A stretch of DNA of 63,906 nt, counting the filler, from Octopus bimaculoides (Eukaryota): the NCBI RefSeq assembly GCF_001194135.2. It is 7 parts of 6 records of this genome, joined end to end, with 100 filler letters (N's around TTAATTAATTAA, not from the genome) between each part and the next. Parts side by side here need not be neighbours in the genome. Positions count along the whole stretch, not along the records: positions 1 to 9,477 come from NC_068983.1; 6 more parts are not named here. One strand, written 5' to 3'. A model generated the notes under the pieces. It was not told where the DNA came from and ran no database searches. It was given only the letters and a program-made list of their open reading frames with translations. The translations under genes and the position numbers were made by a program. The number at the start of each line of letters is the position of its first letter. Within the stretch, counting starts at the first letter, position 1. Below, piece after piece: positions 1 through 9,533 of this stretch.

Positions 1-689
1 ATATATACACACACGCACATGCAAATATATATATGCAAAATGTATGTATGTATGCATATATATATATGCGTGTGTGTATGTGTATGTATAGATTTATTTT
101 TGTATGTACATGAATATGTGTGTGCATGCGTATGAGAGAGAGGGGGAGCGAGAGCGAGTGCGCAGGCTGTTTTGAGAACTTAGAATTTAGTATCGCATAA
201 TCATTTCTTTTATTTCTTTTTTCTGACTCCATATTTGTTGAAGCAAATCACGAAAGCCCCGTGGTAAGGGAAATCATTTTAAAATGTAGGTTACATTATT
301 GAATTCAAAGTGTGACACTTATTTAATTGATATATACTTTTCACATGATTTTACTCGACCTTATGTTTAGTGCTACATATATTAAGAACTGGTCATGAAT
401 TGTATACTGACCTCTGTAAAGAAAGCTTCGTCGATACAACACAGATATCTGAGTGATAAAGTATTCACATGTCCCCACATATACATTCGCATAACAACCC
501 ACATATTAACTCACAATTACACGCGTTTAGAATCACGCACACCTAAAGTATATTCATAAAGCGTGTATTTATGTGTGCATATACGTATGTATGTACGTGT
601 ATACGTATTTATGCAAATATAGATTTACAAATACAAAGATACTTAGTTATATTGCACTAGTCGGTCCAGAACTATAGTTGCAAGTTCCC

Positions 690-1990
690 TTTCAAGGAAT
701 CCTTGAGGCATAGCAGCGTTCGTCCACTTGTCATCCACGTAGGCACGTGACCTTGCTGCAGGCAGTCATCGTATTGAGCAGCAATCCGTTGCTGCAGTTA
801 TTTAAAGACTTTCAGCCAATAGCCTTCTAATACATCCGGATCTGGTCCTTTCCAATTTGCTATTTTGTTTTTTTTTATTTTAACTTTTACCTCAGTGTAT
901 ATGGATTAGTTCTGATGTCCTTCTGAATTGGTACAGTTAGATATTGTCTTTCCAACTTTGTTAGCCACTCAGCGCCTTCTATATGTCTCACCGTACTGTT
1001 CCGCCACTATTTCCAAAATTCTTTATTTTCTTCCGCATTTGGAATCCGTTACTGGTGTTGGATTCCCTCTATTTCCTCATAAAGACGCATTCTATTTTAT
1101 TGGAACAGTCTATTCTATGCGAAACCTTTACGTCTAACATTATATCTTTTCAATTTGGCTTTTAATTCTGTCACATTTTGTGGCAAATCTTCATGTACTG
1201 TTTGTTCTTCCCTTTCTCCTAACCGGTACTGTCCGTTCAATTTTCTGCTTACAACATTATTGAGCTTACCTCTAATTATCCTATTCAATTGACCCAGTTT
1301 TTTCCGTGTCTTTTCCAGTTTCATTCGTATTCTGCCCTCCCCCTGTTTGGTTCTTTCTTTTCATTTCCTATTATATCTTCAGTTTTTCGCCTGTAACCTA
1401 CTATGTTAACTACGATATTAGCAGCTATGATTATCTGGTTTATTTCAATGGTGTTTTCTGTTTTAATGACGTTTAAAACCTCATTTCTCTGCTTGTGGCT
1501 CTCCTCAGTTTTTTTTTTTTTTTCTGTCCATATATCTTACATTTGGTGGTACTTCATTGTTCCTATCAGACATTTTACCTCGCAACGTTTCTAAAATCTC
1601 ATTTTCTTCATCATTCAAGTCTTCTGCAATACCTACTGTCACTAGTCCAGCTAGGTCGTCTTCATTAGCTTATTTACCAGTATTCTCTAGTACTTTGCGA
1701 TTCCTATCTTCTTCATATCTTCTTCTTTTATCCCTTTATTATAGCTTTCAGTTATTGCTGTTTCACTCTCCTTCTACTATTTATTTTTACCTCTTCCTGA
1801 ATTCCTTCACTCTCTACTCCCGTAATCCAGTCGTTCCTAGAGATTGCTCTTGCTTGGTCTATCAGTCGCTGGGTGGGTCCTTCAAAGCTTCATTTTTCAG
1901 CCCATATTCTCTTCATTCGCTTCATGAAACCTCTTTATTTGGTTCACTTCTCAACCACAATTTCATCAGTATATTTATCGTGACCCCATT
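690..1990 (-). mobile_element. R4/Dong-clade non-LTR retrotransposon, decayed N-terminal region up to the start of the RT domain
   Basis: Manual minus-strand translation across stops and frameshifts gives LRSEPNK..GFMKRMKRIWAEK, QRLIDQARAISRNDW, the track ORF 1115-1324 (KLEKTRKKLGQL...KAKLKRYNVRR), NRLFQ, IPNAEENKEFWK, ANWKGPDPDVLEGYWLKVFK and GHVPTWMTSGRTLLCLKD. These match, in order, the N-terminal and RT domain 0/1 motifs of R4-clade ORFs. Confidence 0.85.
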
Positions 1991-2096
1991 ACTAGGTAGA
2001 TTGCTAGCCAAGGCTTTGAGATTACTATTGTTATTCTGGTTTTGCTGAGTTTCGGTCTAATTGCTAGTAGGATCTATGTAGGTAATAATAACAACA

Positions 2097-2250
2097 ACAA
2101 CATCCAAAAATACCTTAGGAATTAGAACACAGGTTCGAAATTTCCCCGAGACACCTGATGAAGGCTGGAAAGTTTATCAGCCGAAACGTTGTCTTTAAAC
2201 AAACAAGATGAGGACAAATATCCGTCAAATATAAATAATGTAAGTAATGT
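2097..2250 (+). mobile_element. PLE terminal-repeat-like (pLTR) short repeat, copy 1, carrying a hammerhead motif
   Basis: Close match to 5066-5245 and 36010-36117 (catcgaaaaataccttaggaatgagaacccaggtt...acaagatgaggacaaatat); begins at an (AAT)/(AAC) tract. Confidence 0.8.
2148..2196 (+). ncRNA. Minimal type I hammerhead ribozyme motif (intact core, imperfect stem I)
   Basis: CTGATGA at 2155-2161, extra A, stem II GGCTG/CAGCC (2163-2167/2178-2182), GAAA at 2183-2186, then CGTT (palindromic ACGT stem III, predicted cleavage after GUU at 2190). Confidence 0.7.
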
Positions 2251-2282
2251 ACATAATTCTTCATCCTTTTATAGTTGTATAT

Positions 2283-2304
2283 TAGTAGTAGTTGTAGTAA
2301 ATAA

Positions 2305-2343
<39 letters not shown>
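2283..2343. repeat. Compound (GTA)n/(GCA)n microsatellite
   Basis: Seen directly; lies just beyond the 3' tail of the SINE at 2368-2581. Confidence 0.95.
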
Positions 2344-2367
2344 TTCTAAAATAATGGTTCATGGTAT

Positions 2368-2581
2368 TCTTTTCAAATTTGGGCACAATGCCAGAAATTT
2401 CGTGGGAAATGATAAATCGATTACATCGACCGCAGTATTCAACTGGTACTTAGTTTATCGATCCCGAAATGATATAAAGGAATGTCGACCTTGGTGGCAT
2501 TTGAACTCAGAACGTAAGGACGGACGAAATGCCGATGAGCATTCTGCCCGGCTGCTGACGATCTCGCCAGCTCTACGCCTT
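2368..2581 (-). mobile_element. tRNA-derived SINE family A, full length
   Basis: Reverse complement starts AAGGCGTAGAGCTGGCGAGATCG, contains the B-box-like GAGTTCAAATGCC and ends TGTGCCCAAATTTGAAA; homologous to many copies in the window. Confidence 0.85.
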
Positions 2582-3437
2582 GCAATTGATAATAATATTT
2601 AGTGGAGACAGTATTGAATCTTGGAGCACTAACGATGTGCAACTGATGTTACAGAAACACACACATTCATATGTATACGGGAAGATTTTTGCCCACCACG
2701 TTTTACTGTAGGAGTGAACCAAACAACGATAGCTGGGATGCAAACCTCCGTGCCTACCGTGCCTACGTGTACGAATGTGGTTTTCGGAAACGTGTGGCAA
2801 AAGTGGAAATGGTAGAGGCAACACAATATTATATTTCTGATGAACCAGAAATGAAAAGCTAGGCCATGTTATATTTCTTGCGCATAACCGAATCAAGAAA
2901 TTCTTAATGATCAGGCCAATATCATTATATATTTACTGAGATTTTAATGATACAAGCCAATTTACAACATTTGGTAAGTATAGTTCATGAGGTATGCAAT
3001 ATATCCTGAGTCTGATCATCTATATAATTGGTAAGAAAAAATCTATTAAAAAAATCTAAGATATTAAGACAGAAACACAGTAATTACTATCTGCGAAGTT
3101 AATCTAATAGCTTCAACATATTGCGTGGAGCTGAATGATGGTTTAAAACAAATTTCTTTCCACACTGTGCAAAATGATGTCTAGTTAAGTTGTGTAACTA
3201 GTTATATTTATTTCATCGAATGTTTCATTGTAATCGTCGTCATCATAGTCGGTGACGCGACACTCCTACTCCTCCACGTCTCCTTTTCCACTTTTCCTCC
3301 TCATCATCATCACCAACAGCAATAACAACAACAACAATGATGACCACAGCAACAACAATCACTTCAATATCTGTCTCACACTGTATAAGTTATGCAAATC
3401 GACATTTCTTAGAACAGTTGTAATGGGACATTTTTAA

Positions 3438-3565
<128 letters not shown>

Positions 3566-3634
3566 AAATACTCCTCTTGTAGAAAAGAGTGCGACAGAAT
3601 AAATAACCAGGTTTTACTACAAAACAATAAATAC

Positions 3635-3725
3635 TAGGGTCGATTCGTTCGAATAGAATTCATGAAGGAGATGCCCCCCACCAGCATGACCGCAGTCTAA
3701 TAACAGCATAAGAAAAAGATAAAAA
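3635..3725 (+). mobile_element. SINE family B 3' fragment
   Basis: tactagggtcgattcgttcga...ccagcatgaccgcagtc...aaaagataaaaagata matches the 3' ends of copies at 40268-40372, 49530-49765 and 53477-53681. Confidence 0.65.
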
Positions 3726-4505
3726 GATATACATATGTTGCGCATGTATGTATGTGCTTGTGTGTGTGCGTTTTAGTAGGTATGTGCGTTTGTGTGTGTT
3801 TATATAAAATATACGGTAGTCAACTAGAGTTTCCTCCAGGGAGTGAACCCTTATCAGTTTCATACTGCAGTGGCAGCATTGAGTTGAGGTTGATGATGGC
3901 TTGTGCCAATCTTATTCAACATGTTGCTATAGCAACTTATATGTCCGGATTTAAGTTGGTGATAGGAATCGTTTTCGCTGCATGAGCTCTATCAACTTCG
4001 ACTGTATCAGTTGAATGAGTTTACTATGTTAATCATCAATTCATATATTTTTGAAACTTGATATATTCATTAAAAAGATATGAAACGAGAAAAATGTTGT
4101 CTTGCATGTTTGAAACAGGAGCTAATTTAGGAATCATTATAAAAGACACTTTATAATGCGTTTGATATTTTTCCTTCTATTTCTGACATGTTGTATCTTT
4201 ACTGCCATGGCTGGTTTCAAGTGATTGCTTTTCTCTTTCCCAATCAATTGATTAATAGTCCATCGAGTGTAATGCGCATAACTGAAGTAGAATAACATTT
4301 TAAATAAATTGGGAAGATAAAGATAGTTTATTTCATTGGCACTCTTTTTTTTTTTACTGTTTCGTTATCTCATTTAATTTAATAATAAAATATTATTTGT
4401 TACTAATATAAGATCTTTCCTGCTGACAGATGAAATCATGAATCCATAAAGAAATTAGATTAATGAAGTATTTTGTGGAAGCTTAAAAGTCACGTTGATG
4501 CAAAA

Positions 4506-4516
4506 GTAGTAATAAT

Positions 4517-4577
<61 letters not shown>

Positions 4578-4582
4578 CCAGT

Positions 4583-4617
<35 letters not shown>

Positions 4618-4620
4618 TAA
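4506..4620. repeat. Compound (GCA)n/(GTA)n microsatellite
   Basis: Seen directly; adjacent to the tail of the SINE at 4636. Confidence 0.95.
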
Positions 4621-4635
4621 CAACAATTGCAATTG

Positions 4636-4800
4636 TGGTTTCAATTTTTGGCACGTGGCAAGCAATATCAGGGTATGAGCATAAGTCGATTACATCGATT
4701 CCAGTGTTCAACTGATGGTTTATTTTTCGACCACCAAAGATTAAATGCAAAATCGACTTCGGTGGAATTTCAAACTAGAACTTAAATAAACGGATGAAGA
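4636..4800 (-). mobile_element. SINE family A, diverged and 5'-truncated
   Basis: gtttcaatttttggcac...gtcgattacatcga...cttcggtggaatttcaaact matches the family A reverse complement. Confidence 0.75.
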
Positions 4801-5051
4801 GGATATTAGATCAGCATGACTGTTAACCTAGATGTAAAATGTGTGATGATCCACATTAGATAATAGCACACATTCTATCGGAATGAGAACAGTTTATCCC
4901 TTAATGAAAACAAAGATATTGCTGAAATAATTCACTTCATCCCTCAGGGGGAGGTGGTTTCCATTTTTCCAAACATGATCAGCTATACCCGATTTATCAA
5001 TATCTCCTCGTGTCAGAGCTTTGCGATGTTCCTCTACCCTTATTTTGAGAC

Positions 5052-5765
5052 CTGAATAATAATAATAACATCGAAAAATACCTTAGAAATGAGAACCCAG
5101 GTTCCAAATTTCCCCAAGACACCTGATGAAAGTTGGAGGGTATAACAGCCGAAACCTTGTGTTAAAAACAAACAAGATGAGGACAAATATACGTCAAATG
5201 TAAATAATGTAAGTAATGTACATAATTCCTTATCTCTTGAATATAGAACTGTATTACCTAATCAGTACGGAGCCGACGTTAGACATCAATGGAGACATAT
5301 CGAGAAACTCCATCAAAAACTAACTCATCTTTCAAGCCATTAAACTTTCCTACGTAGATGTAGATACTCAAAGCTAACACTACCTCGTTTGAATATAATA
5401 ACACCAGTCGATTCACATAAAGATAAAAGAGTAGCGGAAAGTCAGGACATGAAAGGATCCATTACAACCGTTGGAAAAAAACATCAACTAAATAACGAAA
5501 TCAAAGAGAGGTTATCTTCATTACTTAGGAAAATAACCAGAGATGATTATAGAAAGAGAATCCAACAAGATCTGGAAAAATCGTACATGAAAGAATTTGA
5601 AATGGTGGAGAACTTTATGAAACTCAAAGTTCAGAGAATGAAGACTGAAATCCGTCACCCAACTGTGAAAGCAGTAATTACTGTAAGTAGCTGACATCTA
5701 GAAAGCTCTGAAGAAGCAATACTGAATAAAGGCCTCAACTTTGCGACAAGCATTAACCATATTAC
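5052..5765 (+). mobile_element. Penelope-like element 5' part: pLTR with degenerate hammerhead followed by decayed ORF N-terminus
   Basis: pLTR copy 2 (5066-5245) is followed by QYGADVRHQWRHIEKLHQKLTHLSSH*TFLRRCRYSKLTLPRLNIITP, in frame with track ORF 5389-5694, then AVITVSS*HLESSEEAILNKGLNFATS. This resembles the V-I-N-L-S...L-x-K-G-L-N-F-A motif upstream of PLE RT. Confidence 0.75.
5116..5163 (+). ncRNA. Degenerate hammerhead motif (copy 2)
   Basis: CTGATGA at 5123-5129; stem II 5' strand is AGTTG instead of GGCTG against CAGCC; GAAACCTT instead of GAAACGTT; stem I GACAC/GTGTT intact. Confidence 0.55.
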
Positions 5766-8700
5766 ATTAAGCATATTACAAGCATAATACAAAAAATAGG
5801 CATAAGCCTTGAATCATGGAAGTAAACTTGTGATGTATTACCGATAAAGTGTTGCTATTGCTACCAGTTTGAAAGTGTAACCAACTAGCTGATACGAACT
5901 CACACAAGCTTTCCATCTTTTGCCTGAAAAGTTTCACTAGAATCATTGATTAGAAAGTTGACATCAACAATGAGCTAGTTATACTCCTCCTATCCACATT
6001 TACCATTTTACTCAAAACAAAAATCCTAGATCAATTGTAGATCATGGACGAAGACTTTAGCATCGATGGGTAAATAGTGGTAGGTAGCGACGGAAATGAG
6101 GAAATTAAGACATAGTTTTTGGGGATACAAACGTTAAATATATACAGACACATGAATGTTGCAATCTTTTTCAAAATATGAGCAAGATAGACGCCATTTA
6201 CCTAGAATTATGATGCGCACGATTGTAGAAGAACCAGCGTGCCAATTTCTTCAAAAGCACGGGCCTGCTTCCGCTCTGATATGCAAATGAGAAAACTTGC
6301 TACTACAGAGAAAGCCCTAGAGTGATCTAATCTCAGAATATAACTTCGGTATCATATCCAGAACTAGGTATTTCAAGAACGGAGCGAGTAAATGTGGTGA
6401 TCGCCCAATAGCGAAAGAGTTCTACTGGCGTGAACATATTACAGGAGTCAACGGATGACATTTTCCCCTTTCGGTTGTTTATTGGTATCCAAGAGATTGT
6501 AAGAGATCGCCAGAAAGTCTTCGAAATGTTTGGCCAGTGATATAGTCGAAACATTCGGGCTAAATAGAAAAGGATGGCATAATTAAGGAAAATGTGAAAG
6601 CGCATTGTGACCAGAGATTTATAAAATTATTTCAGTGTCAAGTTCATTGAGCCATTATTTTAGATAAAGTCAGCGAACTCCACAATGACGTATATACGCT
6701 CTTGCCACATTGTGTTTACTGATCATAATTATAGGCTTTAGCAGAACCCCGATGATCCCAGTATCTCCCGGATGGCTCAACTGTTGAAGAGTAAGGGTGT
6801 GATCTTTCCCCTAAAGTCTAACACTTTGGCTTTGAGTGTACTCGTGCACTCAGATATGTTCCTTAATGTATATCTCCTGTTAGTTTTTATACTCTCTTTG
6901 TTCGCTTGTTTGGAAAAGAAAGCATGATCATCGGGTATTCAGAACAGACAGCCGATATTACGTAGGCCCATTCATTTTTTCAGTGTTCTTTTATATTCTT
7001 CCTATCAATTGTGATGCTTTCCCAGTGTTAACGCCTTTTTAAACGATTTGTTCCTTTGAGCAACTTCCATTCCCAGTGCTGAACTCCGTCAATCAAAAAT
7101 GGTGGTGCTATCAAAGATGAAATAATATAATCTGTTTTACTTTCATTCTGACTATTCCTGTATCTGTGATTGAAGATGCTGTGGAAATATCGGTAGGAGA
7201 AGCAGCGGAAACTGACTTCCTCCGCTCTGTTGCTGACAAAATTGTTTTTTTTTCCTGTTAATTTTTCTCATTGATGTATATATTTAATGGGCTGAAGTAT
7301 AAGTAGGATTTATGACTTGAATCACCAATGGGATTGACCCGTCACCCACCTCATCACTGATCCATTAGATATATCATTGGAGCATTCATGTAATCTTCAG
7401 GAAGTATCAGAAAATGGATCTAAAACAGATCCTTTCGGATGAAGATATTGTTACAGGACAACTCTTCAGAAGCAACTTGCTTCGACGGTATCACTTACGA
7501 GCCAAAAATAAAAGTTGAACGTTAATACCAATATATCTGTGTCAGTAGTCTGTGGGATGTACTTGACTTCTCGCCTCATACCAGGTTCAAAATCCAGACA
7601 CCCATCTCCGTACGCCAGCTCTTGTGAAATCAGATTGTCTATCCCATGTTCAGGGAAACATTCAAAATAATTTTATAATGCATATAGAAACCCATTCCCT
7701 TATATATAAGCTTTTCCTCAACCATCTTTTTTTCTGAGTTTTTCAACATGAAAGTACTTCCTACCTCGACATTTTATGCCCATATTATCTCATCTCCTTT
7801 ACCTCAAGCACTCCGATAAAGAAAGACTATCTAGGTGGGGCCCACATTATTTGAGAAAGTTAACACGGTAGATTTTTCTGGTAGACTTAAAATATGCTTG
7901 TATATTTGAAACGAATTGCTGGACGGTTTATATTTAGGTAATCGATCTGATCAATATTTAGTTGGGCCACATACGAGACCATGGAATTTGAACATAAAAT
8001 GCTTTCTAATGGATAATCCGGTTGAAAGATAACTTTTTACTGGAGCTCTACGTTTACTTGAAAGTTCTATAATAACACTATAGAAACACAAACAACAAAG
8101 AAATTAAGAAAATGCTAGTGAAATTAATCGAGCATTAGTTTGGTTCTGATATTCAGTTTTCTGTGAATACATACGTATGATTGCATAAATGGTGATAAGA
8201 ATGGAAAATATGAAAATGTACAACCAAAGAATTAAGACTAACACAAAAACAAACTGGCGCACTTCTTGAAAAGAAAAACACGCTCATGCATACGCGTGTA
8301 AGTAGCCACGCCGTATACTTACACACACACACACACACACACACGTATATATACGTATGTAAGTATGTATGTATGTAGGTATGTATGTATTATGCGTTTT
8401 TATATATATACGCATATATACATTTATATATATATATATATATATAAACATAAATATATACAATTCACTTTGAGGAAGATACACAAAAGGTAAGTATGAG
8501 ATATAAATAATTTTTTATTTATCGAAATGCAGTAAGATATAAGCGGAAAGTGTATTTCATGTTAAGTCTGCAAGAAAACAACAAACAACAAATGAGCAAC
8601 ACATGTAAGAACAGACTAAATTTAATTAGCCTGGTTTGGCCCACTTTAAAGGGAACGTAACGAATGAAAAATCTATAGATAGGGTTCGATGGTGCTACTT

Positions 8701-8835
8701 ATAAAGTCTCAATAGGTAAACAAAATACATAGAGGTTAGGAGAATTGATGCAATCACTTGCCTTTATATATAAATCGGTTCTAATTATATAATATATACT
8801 GTTATGGAAAGGAAATAATGTATGAATGTGTATTT

Positions 8836-9265
8836 TTCTTTTATTTTTGTACTTCCTTCAGTCATTTGACTGCTGCTATACTGGAGCACCGCTTTACAGG
8901 GAAATAGTCGAAGTAATTGACCCCAGGAATTATTCTTTTTATAATCACTTCTTATAATCTTTTGTAAGCCTAGTACATATTCTATCGATGTATTTTGACG
9001 AATTGTTAGGTTACGGGAACGTACACACACGGACATCGGTTTCCAAGCAATGGTGGGCTCAAACACAGACAAACATGCACAGATATATACATATGTGTGT
9101 GTGTGTGTGTGTACGACGTGCCACTTTCAGTTTCCGTCTACCAAATCCATTCATAAGGCATTCGTCGGTCAGGGGCTATAGTAGATAACGCTCGCCCAAG
9201 GTTGGACTAAACACGGAATTATATGGTTGGGAAGCAAATCTTTTTACCGCACATCCAACTCTGCG

Positions 9266-9266
<1 letters not shown>
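8836..9266 (-). mobile_element. tRNA-derived SINE family B, full length, with internal (TG)n
   Basis: Reverse complement: head GCGCAGAGTTGGATGTGCGGTAA...TTCCCAACCATAT, body GGATTTGGTAGACGGAAACTGAAAG, tail GGTGCTCCAGTATAGCAGCAGTCAAATGACTGAAG. Confidence 0.85.

Positions 9267-9268
<2 letters not shown>

Positions 9269-9351
<83 letters not shown>
9269..9351. repeat. (CA)n(TA)n microsatellite
   Basis: Seen directly. Confidence 0.97.
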
Positions 9352-9358
9352 AAGAAGA

Positions 9359-9439
9359 CCAGTAATGTGGACATTTAATGTGCTAGAAATAGACCACATG
9401 CTGGTTTATTTCTAGCACATAAAATTTCCACTTTACTGG
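9359..9439. repeat. 81 bp hairpin (37 bp arms, 4 mismatches, 7 nt loop)
   Basis: Arm 1 ccagtaatgtggacatttaatgtgctagaaatagacc versus the reverse complement of arm 2, ccagtaaagtggaaattttatgtgctagaaataaacc. Confidence 0.9.
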
Positions 9440-9521
9440 ATATATTTATATATATAAAAATATACTTTAATCCCCTANNNNNNNNNNNNNNNNNNNNNNN
9501 NNNNNNNNNNNNNNNNNNNNN

Positions 9522-9533
9522 TTAATTAATTAA
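9522..9533. other. Assembly gap placeholder N44-TTAATTAATTAA-N44 (also at 27898, 46704, 55595, 57853, 62524)
   Basis: The same 12-mer is centred in N runs six times; where counted the layout is 44 N + 12 + 44 N = 100 bp. The 12-mer is palindromic with TAA in all frames. Confidence 0.95.

Noticed and set aside
1557-2048. 163-aa plus-strand ORF
   Set aside because: Antisense shadow of the purine-rich R4 LINE remnant on the minus strand.
2836-2860. CTGATGA...GAAA string
   Set aside because: No stem II or stem III can form.
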